64,000 nt of DNA, from positions 9,555,979 through 9,619,978 of the forward strand of contig CAJINV010000003.1 of NCBI GenBank assembly GCA_905178155.1, in the 5' to 3' direction. The notes beneath the pieces are model-generated. The model was not told the origin of the DNA. It did not search any database and saw only the letters and a program-made list of their open reading frames with translations. How positions within the stretch are numbered: position 1 is the first letter of the stretch; each line of letters starts with the position of its first letter. The stretch comes from Amoebophrya sp. A120. Lineage: Eukaryota; Protista; Dinoflagellata. The translations under genes and the position numbers were made by a program. Positions 36,601 to 48,600 of this stretch are shown here, piece by piece.

Positions 36601-39600
36601 CGAGTAGCGCTCAGCAGAGATCATAGGACAGATCGCAGAAGCAGTCTTGTCTGTTTTAGCTATCTCTAAAAGGAAAGACAAAAAACAAAAGCTAAAAGTA
36701 AAAAGCAAAAGGAAAAGCTAAAAACTAAACGAAAAAGCTAAAGTAAAAGCTAAAAGGAAAGGCTACAAGTAAAAGCTATAAGTAAAAAACGCAAAAGCTA
36801 AAAGTAAAGTCTAAAAGCAAAAGCTAAAAGCAAAAGCTAGAAGCAAAAGCTAAAAGCAAAAGCTAAAAGCAAAAGCTAAAAGCAAAAGCGAAAAGCAAAA
36901 GCGAAAAGCAAAAGCGAAAAGCAAAAGCTAAAAGCAAAAGCTAAAAGCTAAAAGCTAAAAGCTAAAAGCTAAAAGCTAAAAGCTAAAAGCTAAAAGCTAA
37001 AAGCTAAAAGCTAAAAGCAAAAGCTAAAAGCAAAGAAAAGCTAAAAGCAAAAGCTAAAAGCAAAAAGTAAAAGCTAGAAGTAAAATCTAAAAGCGACGAT
37101 GATGATGTTACCCAGTAAAGGGTATAGGGTTTTGAAGAATTAAACTATTCTTCAGCATCGTCCTGCTCCTCAGGACGACCTCCTTCTCCGCAACGCCTGC
37201 GGCCCCGTTTCTTCTTCTTGCAGCGTGCCTGGTGCGATCTCATCGCGCCAACAATCCAGCCCAGTTTGCGCAGTGGCTGTCCTTCATCGGGGGTGTGAAA
37301 CGTGGCGCCATCGTGTTGAAGCTCGTGCTTGTGCGTCTTGCAGTGCGGGCACCGGATATGCTGCGCGCCGTTCTTGTCCGTGTAGAGAAATTCACGAGGT
37401 AGATGATAGGCCCACGCAGAAGCACCGCCGCCGTAGGTGTGCTTCGCTTCCGTCCTGTTCCAGCCATGATATTCGGGTCTGCATACGTTGGGCTTCAGGT
37501 TGGACCCAAGCGGGCGCTTGTCTTCTTTCTTCAAAGTCCCAATCTTAATCAAATTCCCCTTCCGATGGTCTTCCGCATGTTTTTCCATTGCGCCGGCGTT
37601 GGACTGAAACATGAGCTCGCAGCTCTTGCAGTAAATTCTCTTGCGCTTGTCCGCCCCTTTCAGCTTCGTCCTGATGATGTCGGCACTGCGACACAAGATT
37701 TCTTCACGTATCGACTCGCCTGCTTCCGTATCGCGTGCCTGATTTGAATTTCTGAGGTTCTTCTTCAAGTCCTTCGAGGCATCATCGGCGACCGGTTGGC
37801 ATAGCGCGTGCGCTTCAGCGATATGGGACGAGAGCCATAAAGGCAGACCCAGAGCGGGGTGGCTCTGGTTGTTGGCGTTGTATTGCTTCAAGGCGTCCGC
37901 ATCTAGTAGCTCAGCAGCGCACCATGGACATTCTGCTTTTTTGCTGCAATCGTAGATCTGCTTCGGTCCGCCATGCGGCAGGGCAGCCGCAGCAGCCAGG
38001 CACCGCCGCGCCATCTCTTCCCCATCTACTCCAGCCTCCACACATTCCCGAACTACTTGCGCCTCTGTCTTGGACGCGCCACCCGCGTCGAAATATTTCT
38101 GCATCAACTCTTGCTCCGCAATCTTCTCAAAGTCTGGATCATTGTCGCCCCAGTCTTTCGCGACCGCTTTGATGTATGCCCACCTTGTACAAACATAGTA
38201 GAGTCGCTTGCTGATTGCGTAAAGGGTGTCACCTCGAGTAGCTTCGTCTCGTCTCTCGGTAGTGCCTTCGATATCTTCCCATAATAAATAGTTCCAAAAG
38301 GCCCAGGCCGAGACTGCAGGCCGCCTGCAGGTACTCCAGCACCTCCGCAAAGTGGTCCGGAGCGTTGCGCTTTCGTGGCTCTATCTGTTTAACGCCTTCA
38401 ATACTTCGAAGCCAGTCTGCACGGCAAGTCTTTCCATTTGGTTCGGACCAAAGGACGCTTGCCATTGGTGAAAAACGCCCCACCAGAGCCATGCGGACAA
38501 TGTCGCCCTGTGGTCGCCGCATTACATGCCCAATCATCTTCGCCTGCAGGTATCGAAGCCGAGCGGCAAGGGGAGGAATTCGCTCGCAGGCGCCTTCGTA
38601 GGCTTCTGGCTGACGAGTGACACTCATCACGCTGCCAAAACGGTACGCCCAAAAAAATTTTTACCATTTTACTTTCGGCCTTCTCCATCATCCTGAGCTC
38701 ACGCGGTGACACAGAACGGGCTTGCAGGCCGTATAGCAACACCGTGCGCACCATGGTCATCAAAAGCTCACCCTTTCGCTGTTGTGATAAATCCGATAGG
38801 CCGGAGACCATCGATTTGAGACCGTGAAAGGCACGCCAGGCCTTCTTGATCTTCGTCTCTCCGTCCTCATCGTCGTTCGTGTTCATCCCCAAGTTTCTCG
38901 TCGCCATGCTGGTTATCTCGCCAGCCACTCTTTTGCTCATGTTCTCGCGCATGCCACACGATTTCAGAACTTGCCCGAAGGCGGTGGCTGCTTCCGTGGC
39001 AACTGGGCCGGGTTGCGGTTTCTGCTTTTTCCTTTCGTCATTCGTTGCCTGTAGTTCACGGGCACGGTCTGGCCCTAGCTGTGAGAAGATCGCGGCGTCG
39101 TCAGCAAACAAGAGGCGGCTGAGAATGATGCAGAGCCACCGCCCTGGGTGCGTTTTCGCTTCTTCAACCGGCTCGCCCTGCTTTGCAAATGGGGGCACAG
39201 ACTTTCTCTCACCAATGTACGCGGAATCAAAAATCTTCTCGAACCTGTTCCAGTGCCAAGCGTTTGCCCGCATGTACAGCGCTACGCCCTGCTCCGTTTG
39301 TGGTAATTTTTCTAGTTCGCGCTGGACTGCCCGCATCACTGCGGCGTATGACAAAATAAACAAAAGCGGGCTGGATGTGCAGCCTTCCTTGCATCCGTGA
39401 TCGAGTCGGAATTGCACGCCGTCCGCAAATTCATGGATCGCCGACCTGTGAGAGGACTCGATGACCTCCCAAGCTTTTGCTTGTTTTATCCCCAGAGCAG
39501 AACTGACCGAACACACTAAGCGCCAGTCGAGGCTTGGAAATGCCTTTCCCAAATCCACTAAAACCGCAGCGACTTGATTGAATTGCGGGAGGTGCTGGCA

Positions 39601-42600
39601 GTGAGCCAAGTCCTCCTTCAATCTGTTGTAGACCAGAAGCGAGTCTCCTCTTCCTCTTCCTTCAATCTGTTGTAGACCAGGCATCCTCTTCCTCTCCGGA
39701 ACCCCAGCTGCTGCATGTCGAAGTAACCTTCTTCCTCTAATAATGAGTACAAACGGCCGGCATGAATCTTCGTCAGTAGTTTCATCAAACAAAAGTGGCG
39801 AGATGCAGAGGAATCTATAGCAGTCGGGGTCGCTCCGATCGCCTTTCTTGAAGAGTGGCACGTCTTTGCATGTGTGCAGCTTGCTACTAACGTCTGACAT
39901 CCTCCGCCCTGCAATTTCGTCGCTAAGTAGGCTCGCGAGGATGCTCACGGACTCCTCGTCTAAGTGCTTCAGGATGGTAGGGGATAGGTTGCTCACGTCC
40001 TTCGCGCGCCCCCCCTTGGCGAGGTGGCGAGTGGCTGCCTGCAACTCTTCCGGGTCAGTGGGCTTGCCCAGTTCCTCGATCTTGTCCGCCGGGAGTTTGG
40101 GCACGAGGTTAGGCATGTCGTCTTCGATGGGAATTCTCTTCGCTTTCGGAAACAAGGGCGCATTCCCGACTTCAAAGTACTTCCTTCTTGCTTGTTCGGC
40201 GCTTATTCCCACCGCGCGGTCTTGTTTTGCAAGTTTTTGCTGACGAAAATTTTCCCACATGCCTGCGATATTTGCACTTCGCCGATTCTAGTAGCTGGTC
40301 TTGCTCCATGTACGGCAGCCGCTTCTTCGTCTTTCCCGAAACCAGTGGAGCCATGTAGAGGAGGAAGTCCTGAAGTTTTTCCAGTGAAAGCGAGTTTCCG
40401 TTTTGTCTTACTCTCGCGCGGAAGACTTCTCTCACGTGGTGTCTCGTGGCGGGGGGGATTTTGTCGAGAATCCCGAACGCAACGCCTCCGCCCTCTTTGC
40501 TATCCCTTCCTCGATCAATCTCCTCCGCGTTTTCACATCACAAACGACTTCCGCCACCTTGTGATCGAGCTTGTCACTGCGCATCGGCTGTCCCTGCAGA
40601 TTGCGACCATTGCCATCGATTCGAAGCGGAGGCATTTGGTGAACTTCTGCAGTTGCGTTCCACTTGGCACTACGTGGTCTACTTCCGTTGAATCGCGATA
40701 CGTGTGGTAGTTGCCGTCTTTGGCTTTGAACCAGGAGCCGACCAACACTGCACTAAGCCCCGTGAGCTTCTCAGCTAATTGCTTGCCACGCTTCGAAGAA
40801 CTCGCGAGCCCATGGCCTCCATGAATGCCCGCCCCATCCTTTGCGGAGATCTGCGCACTCCAATCGCCTCCTACCACCCGCTGCTTCCATTTCTCCTTCT
40901 TGATCCGTTTGCTTTCCAGGAACAGCTCGGAGAAATTAGCATCAAACGCGGCACGTTCTTCAGCTTTTAGTGCCCGCCGCGGCCCGTATACCGGCCCGAG
41001 AATTAGTTCGTCAAAATACAGAAACAGCATCCGCTCCCGCGTGCGAAGGGGGTTCGTGGGAATCGCGGCTTCTCCACGTAGCTGCTTTCGCAACTCCTTG
41101 CCCAGAATCAAAAGTCCGGCACCATTTACCCATACCAAGTCGGACGCTTCCTTCCTTAACCAGTGAAAGGGCTCAACCTGCCCGGCCTTGGTTTCTTCCA
41201 CTAGGTCGCTGTGGTCGTCCGGAGCATCGTCGTCGATGGATTCGGCAACCGAAGCAGCGTCTAAGTCGCCTTCTCCTTCCTCGTCGTCGTCGCGACTTTC
41301 TCTTCCACCATCATCCACAGCCATCTTCTCCTCTGCCTCCAGTTGCTGTCTCCGGGGCGTGGGCAACAGTGGGCAAACATAGGAGAACTCAGAGAGCGTG
41401 GCAACATCATACTGCCGGCGCTGTGCGACGCGAAGCGCGTGTTGGAGTCGATTACTGTGGCGGTCGTCACCTCTCACGTTGATAATCCCAAATCTTATCC
41501 GCTGATGCCCGGGCAAAGGAGCAGGGTCGGGCTCTTCGTCTCCGATTCCAAAGGGGTCAGCATGCATAGTCTCGGCGTTTTTCCTGGACTCTTCTGCAGC
41601 AGCCCTTCTGTTCTCTCTTATGTCCTTCGCTAGCTGATCACGTGCGGCAGTGTGCGTTTTATCTTCCACGGTGTCCGCACCGCCACCGCTACCTGTCTGC
41701 TCACGCACTGTGTCCTGGGCAGCCATCATCTTCGAGAAATTGGGCTCATCGTGCTGGCACGGGGCTAGTTCCTCTAAGATGTCGCTTTCGTTTTCATGAG
41801 AAACGTCACCTCTTGCCCAGTCACCCCTTGAGTAAAAGCGAAAAGTAAAAGCGAAAAGTAAAAGCGAAAAGTAAAAGCGAAAAGTAAAAGCGAAAAGTAA
41901 AAGCGAAAAGTAAAAGCTAAAAAAAAGCTAAAAGTAAAAGCTAAAAGAAAAAGCTAAAAGAAAAAGCTAAAAGCAAAAGCTTAAGGCAAATGCTACAAGC
42001 AAAGGCTAAAGGTCTAAAGGTCTACAGGTCTAAAGCAAGGTCTAAAGGTATAAAGCTAAAGGCTAAGAGTAAAAACTAAAAGGAAAAACTAAAAGTAAAA
42101 GCTAAAAGTAAAAAGTAATAGCCAAAAGTAAAAAATGAAAACTGTAAAGCAAGAGAAAAGCAAAGCGTGTAGCAGAAGGCCAGCGACAGAATTTGGAAAG
42201 CTTTTGAATTGCACAAGCAACAGCAACAGCAAGCAAGGTGGTGAAAGCTGGAACTGGATAAAGAAAGCGTGTTCGGCGCTGGCAGAAAATGCGACGCCTT
42301 AGGCTTTCAAAATCTGAAACAGCTGGCGCCTCACCCCGAGGTCCGACCAGGTCCCCGGGAACCTCAGCCCGAGGCCCCACCAGCTGCCCGCCATCAGCTC
42401 GCGGTATAGCGAACTGGTGGCGGGCACTCCACCCCGAGGTCCGACCAGGTCCCCGCCATCAGTTCGCTATATAGCGAACTGATGGCGGGCGCTCCAACCC
42501 GAAGTCCGACCTGGCAGACCGAACGAGATCAACTGAAACAGAACAGGAGTTTTTGAATTCCTGTTCTATTTTTGGTTTTTCGCTCTAGCGGAATAGCGTA

Positions 42601-45600
42601 ATTTTTTTTCACACTTCTACAGGCGAAGCATACGTTGCTAGTTTCATCAGAATACTTACTTCGCCACTATTCCAGCGACTATGGTGCGAAGTTCGTCGAT
42701 GACTTGCTTGGGAAGTGGGTTGCAAGTTTGTGGAAAAGTACACACTCAGGCTCACAGTCACAGCAGAAAGTTGCGCGAATTATATAGACACGCACGATAG
42801 TTCTGCACTTGATAGTAATCCTGTACTCTTTCCCAGTAACCTGGTCTTCACTCGTGACCAAGATCGGCACCGTATGGAATTCTCCGTATAAAAAGTATTT
42901 TGTCCAAATCGTTTTGCGGCCCCAGGGCACTTTATGGACGCGGCGAGCGGGCCAGTTCAGTTGAGTCGCACCATGCCAGTTCGCCTTCGGATTTGGGACG
43001 TTGATAGTGCATCCGTGGCAGGGACCTTCAAAATCAATATCCGCCTCAAAATAGGCGTATTTACTGTATTCCCACCACCAGACGCATTTGTAATCTGTAA
43101 CATCAGGGTCGAAGGGTGGGTCCATGGTGCATGGGGTGTCTGCAGTAGTAAGCATGGTTAGAGCAGCATAGTCGCTAACTCTTCGCTTTATGGTGACAAT
43201 GTAGTTGTACTCCCGCCTCAGCTGCTTACTAGCGACTGCTCCTTCCGGAGGTAGAACAGAGATCTCGACAGCTTCCTGCCAAATAGGGGGCTCTTTCTCG
43301 TCATTCGGAGGAAGAATCGCATGGAACTCCCCTGTACCAGCGGGGTGGGTCTTTTCATGCCCTCGCTGATCCTTAAAGCGAATGCGCATCTTGCGACTAG
43401 AAGCTCCAGCACTGAACTTCACACCCGATGAGTTCTTGTCTATCATCACGGTGTATTCGCGAACCAACGGCGAGAATTTTGGAGATAATATGTGCCCCGA
43501 TACCTTTAAAGAGGAAAGATGAAGATCGAGCTTCTTTTCGACGTGCAACCGTATCTCGTATATGATCGGCAATCCACCGCCGGCGAACAGGCACACCTTG
43601 TAAACATCGCCAGCCTTTTGCGTGGCATGCTGGTAGGGCGGGAAGCTCCACCTCGATACAGCATCAGGTCCCGCAGCGCAGGCGCTTACGTACTTGCTGC
43701 GCCCTTCCATGTGCGAAGGGAATTGAAGCCCTACGCTGGCCTCAGGATTCTGTGCTGCAGCAAATACGACAAATTCTTCGCCCGTTAGAATGTAGCTGTC
43801 ATACTTTTTGATGGCAGGATCAAACGCAGGACGCAGGAGGGCAGCATCGTGTCTGAGATTGATCGCCACAGACTCCAGAACTGCGCCCGAGCTGGATGCC
43901 AAGCGAATAAGATTGAAGACGTATTTTGTGCAAACCGCCCTCTGCTGAGCGCTTAGCTCGGGTCTCTTCCTCGCAAAAATACTCTCGAAGGTTTCCAACC
44001 CGCCCTGCGCACCCGCTCCCCCTGCACCGGCAGAGAACGCATTCAAAGAAACAGCACAGCATTGCCATAGTTATGCGGCGAGTGCTTGCGTTGCGGCTTT
44101 CCTTTAATTTAACATTAGCACAGCCAGAACATAGGCCCTGCACTAAAGCCACTGGACGGCTCTGGACTGGAAGATATGAGCCGGTGGCAAGAAGAACTCA
44201 CCCACGGAGCCCGCTCGTGGTGGCGTATCAGATCAGAAGAGCATCCGACGGGGGCGCGTTCATTGTTTGTGCAAGAAAGCCTGTCCAATCTGAATCTGAG
44301 CGCAACGAAAAAGAATCCAAATAAGGGGGTCGCAAGTTGTCCGACTGGGCTTTCAGGGCTCCTCTTTCGACTGGCGGGCTGGGCCTTTGGGCCCCTGGCC
44401 GCGAAGGACCTATGCTGGATCCATGGCATAACCCTCAAACCGGGAGAACTAAGACCCACCCGGCTAGGTGGGCCGCAGTGGCCTTGAGAACGTAGTCGGG
44501 CAGTTTGTGGCCTCTCTAAAAACGAAAAAGAAACAGGCCGCTTGGTGATAATAGGGTCCGCGGGGGGGCAAGCGCAGGCGCGGCAGCGGCAAAGGGCAGA
44601 CGAGGGCGGCATACTGAACAGCAGAGCCGAACCGCCCGGAACAAGGCCGCCGCAGACGGCCGAGTATGGACTAGGGCAGCCACGAGAGGCCGGCGCCGAT
44701 TTTGCGACCCATGTCGGTGGTCTCATGGGGTTCCCCGGGCAAAATCGGTGGCGGGCCGCCGGGACGCGTCCGGCGCAGGCCTGCTGGGGTGGCCAGAGTG
44801 AAACGCGCGCAAGCTTGCCGGGATGCCGAATGTGTGGGGAGACGGGACGGAACTCCGCCGCCCCGGCGGGCTGCTTCCGTGCTGCGGCGGCGCGGGCCGG
44901 GTGACAAAGGTCGCCACGAACCGCGCGAGGCTGTGGCGGAGCAGTGCATAGGGTGTACACAATAGGCAAGGCCGCGCGCGGCGCTAGTACACCACGGCGC
45001 CCACGCTTGTGTTTGGATCTACAATGGCGGCCGCAACATGCTCGCAGGTCACAGGGCGCGCCCACATTCTCAAGCGCAATAAAAATACAGGAAGGCCACA
45101 AAGCATTTGCCTAGGTTTTTCCGGGAAGGACTGCCGGCCCAACCAACCGGGCGGGCCTGGGGCTATGCGGCCCGGGCTTTAAGCTATATATAATGCATGG
45201 GACCAACGTGGCAGCGCAACGCGCTCGCCCATTTGTCAGCCGGCTGGCCCCGACTTACGTTTTGGGCCGCCGGACCCAAGACCCAGCTGGCGGGGTGGGC
45301 CGCAAATCCTCTCCGGGCCTATGCCAATACTTTTTTTGCGGCCCTTTTGTCAAATAAAAGGCGGTGGCAATCTACTGGCCGGGAAAAGGGAAGCGGCCTG
45401 CCCCTCAAGAAGCCAAACCGGGCGGGTGCAGTTTGGCTCCCGGGCCGGCCCCCACGCCCGAACGAAGAGAAGCGGCCCGGCTTTGCCCGCCGTTGACTTT
45501 GGGCGGCCAAAGGCCGCCGATCGCAGAGGCACCTGCGCGGCACCTCCACCGCGAAAGGCAATGGCGCGCTTGCGGCTGCCAAGGTCCTGCGCTGGTCTTG

Positions 45601-48600
45601 TGGGGGCGCGCCGGTCGTGCACGCAGAATCCGAAGGGCACTCCGGGCCGGGAGCTGCCCGCGTGGGAAAGACGGCAAGCGGCGGCAAAGGGGCCCGATAG
45701 GGGAGCCCCGCGGGGCCGCCCTGGCGTCGCCTTGGTATTCTGTTGCTCATTTCGCGCGCGCCCCCCCCCCGCAGAATCTGGAGGGAGCCGCGGGCCGGAG
45801 ATTGGGAAAAGGCAAAAGGGGCCCGGCGCGCCCCTAGCAAAGGGCGCCCTCGGTGTGTTCTCCTTCGGCAGTTCGGGGCGACAGGGCGCCTGCGCGTCGT
45901 GCCGACAGGGCGCCTGCTCTGGAAGCAACCAATGGGGAAGAGGGCACCCAGAGCCTACCAGCAAGCACGCACGAACCTGCTACCGCTTCAGGACGGGGCG
46001 GTAGGGGGAATTCTGGTCGCGTGCTCGCGTCGCGCGGGTTTTCGCCGAGGGAGGCGAGGCACCTGCTCACTTTTTGCCAGGCCGTTGTGTATAGGAGGCC
46101 TGACGAGGACGGGCCCGGTGCTCGCATACCTATCAAATGGCCTAGCTTCATTTTCTCCATGCCTGGAAGGCATACAGGTCCGCCAGCCGTGGGAAGACAG
46201 TGAACGTATATAATATTGCCTACGGTTGTCATGGCTCAGCTTGCCTTACGGGGTCCAAGGATAGCCGCCCCTTGTAACGTCTTAAGTGGCTACTTCTGCG
46301 CCCGCCATTCAGGTGGGCCAGAATCGAAGGCGCTGGCCACGGCGGAGTGGCGCGACTTTCGCGCGCTCCGCCGGGAAATAGTCCCAGGCCGCCCGCGTCG
46401 TTCCCGTAGCTAGCCCTTGCTCTAGACGAAGTCGCAGGGGCTTCGCAGTCAGTAGCAGCTGCGCTAATGCGAGATAGAAAGGAAACTGCTGCCACGCGCC
46501 TTCTTCTTCGTCCCTATCAAAATATGGCCACTCCAGCGAAAACGGTTCCCGTGCCCGGACCCTCGTGGCCGCACGGGGTGAGGCGATACCCAACACCGGG
46601 GGCCCCCCGGTTGCCCCTCGCAGCGAGACGCAGCCTGCCGCCGCCACTTGTTGCGCGTGGCGGCGCTGCGGAATGCGAATGTGCCCCATTTGTCGATAAA
46701 TCTTCTCACCTCAACCAAATAAAAGCCGCCAAAAAAGCGCGGCAGGCTTTCGCAAGTGGTGGCATTTGTGTGCTGTGCTGTACCATAGCAGGCATAAACC
46801 TTAGTAGGGCGCGGTATTCCCGGTTCCGGAAGATCCACGCCCAGGCGGCCGGATGAAGTATGGGGCACGAAAACTTCCCCCATGCCACCCCCACCAACGC
46901 CCTTGCTGCGATCCGAAATGTATGGGAGTGCTATTGCACAAATACAAATCCACGAACCCTGTGGCGGTTGGTCCATGTCGCTGCCCACGAAAAGTGCTAC
47001 GGCGCGGCCTTCCTGAGCACTGAAGCCAGCGCGCGCCGACCCGTCCTAAAAAAAGGCGCCGCGCCCCTCGGGCAGAAAAACTTCGAGCTGGGCGCATTGC
47101 TGAATGCGAAAGGGCGCCGCCCAGGCGCCAGCACCAGCCCTACTTTGGACGACCTGCCTCCGGGAGGCGGGCTTCATCGGGGGGGCCCGTGCCTCGGGAA
47201 CGAAGTTTTTTCTTAAGGCAAACACCAAAGCACTCCTCGTCCTCCGGGCCGCCGGCTGCTACCGGGATTGCGGGTCGTCATTTCCAAAAGGAAAGCCGCC
47301 CCACCACCGTTTCCGGCATGGCGGGGGCGCAGCCGAGTCGTGGCGTGCCGGCGTGCACGCCAGCAAACCGAGTGCAACAGTTTTTCGCGAGTCCTAGCGG
47401 CACTGCTGCCACCAGTGCGGGAAGCGCAATGGGGCCACGGCGCAGCTTCGGATTGGAGGCAACCGCGTAGGCAGCCGGGGGGGCACAAAAGAAACCCCCA
47501 GGAGAGAGATGGCGCCCGCACGGAAATGCTCGGGAAGGCTGCTTGGCCCTTCGGGCCAGCCAGGGGGAGCGCGCGAAACACGCGAGGACACCAATTTTCT
47601 GGAGCGAGCACGCTCGCAGCCAGAGGAGTAGGCAACAAAACTAGACGGCCGCGCCGCCCGTACCTATCGGAACCCGCCGCGGAAGAGGCGGCAACCAAGC
47701 GGGGCGCCGGCGGCTCTCACTTTTTTCGCGCCGCCCCCGGCGTTGCCCGGCTCGGCTGAAAGGGCCGGCCACTTTGCGTGCGCTGTGGCGCCACGCAGCA
47801 TGATGCGCCTACAGGAGCGGCGACTGGCTGAAATCGCGCGGGACACACAGGCGCACCGCTGCGCCCCTTTTGTGCCCGGCGACGCGGGCCACGCGCTCGC
47901 TATTGCGCCCCCAGGGCCGCCAAGAGATGGGCGGCCGAGAATCTGCCGAGCCACAAAGGAAAGGGGGGCTGCCTAGCCCGAAGGCCTTCGCGGGCGTTGC
48001 GTTGCTGGTTCGTTTGTTATTCTTCGCGGGCGCGCTGCCTGCGAACATATAAATATATTCATATTGAGCAGATGGATTTTTCACACTTCATAGTCATCGG
48101 CGAGGTGCAAACACACGCTCTTTTTCTGGTACAGGCAAGATCTATATGACATTCGGGAAGTCTTCGGTTTACCCGGAATATCCCAATGGTCGCATCCATT
48201 CGTCTAGGTAAGTCGTCGACGGCGGTGGTTTCCCGAAGTCTAATGTAACATAGCCTGCTTCATACTTGCACTCCACAACATAAAACGTACCGTCCGGATA
48301 AAAGCTGCCCCCAACAAGACTACACTGATTCTGCGGATGGAGCAGTAGTTTTTTCAGAACAGCGGATGCTCGAGGACCCCTCTTATCTTTCAACGCTCGC
48401 AGTCGTGGTTGCGTCGACGGAGTACGCACATTACGGCCACCATTGCAATCTTGTCCGTGTTTCCCTCCCCGCTGAGAACGAGGCAGCGGGCTCTCGTAGA
48501 CGGGCTCTCGTGACCGCGGCGTCGGATCTATATCAATATCAGTCCAGTTGGAGGTGCGGCGCCAACTAAATGGCGTGGTGATAAGAGTCGCCAAGTCGTC

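Larger units (their letters stand above)
37095..41830 (-). mobile_element. Non-LTR retrotransposon (LINE, RTE-like): APE endonuclease + RT + C-terminal Zn fingers, multiply frameshifted
   Basis: APE motifs (FGIINVRG, TLSE, GAGLLI, VYGP, VGGDWSA, TY..EVDH, KLDH). RT motifs (YRFLCI, QLGFRRGR, VDLGKAF, GCKEGCTSSPLLF, LLFADD). RTE-type GHVMRR. Short 3' UTR and (CAT)n tail. Confidence 0.92.

Noticed and set aside
36073-36669. 198-aa Phe-rich 'membrane protein' ORF
   Set aside because: Translation of a low-complexity T-rich tract.
41730-41835. HDV-like or hammerhead ribozyme at the LINE 5' end
   Set aside because: CTCATGA..GAAA does not match the CUGANGA core, HDV pairings are incomplete, and the region reads as an open coding frame.
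36668-42165. CRISPR-like or telomeric array linked to an RT
   Set aside because: 6-7 nt units without spacers, not a TTTAGGG-type repeat, and internal to the sequence. The RT is a LINE with an APE domain.
46097-46130. CTGACGAG hammerhead-like motif
   Set aside because: No GAAA core after stem II, and the motif is not conserved in homologous copies at about 2935 and 4365.
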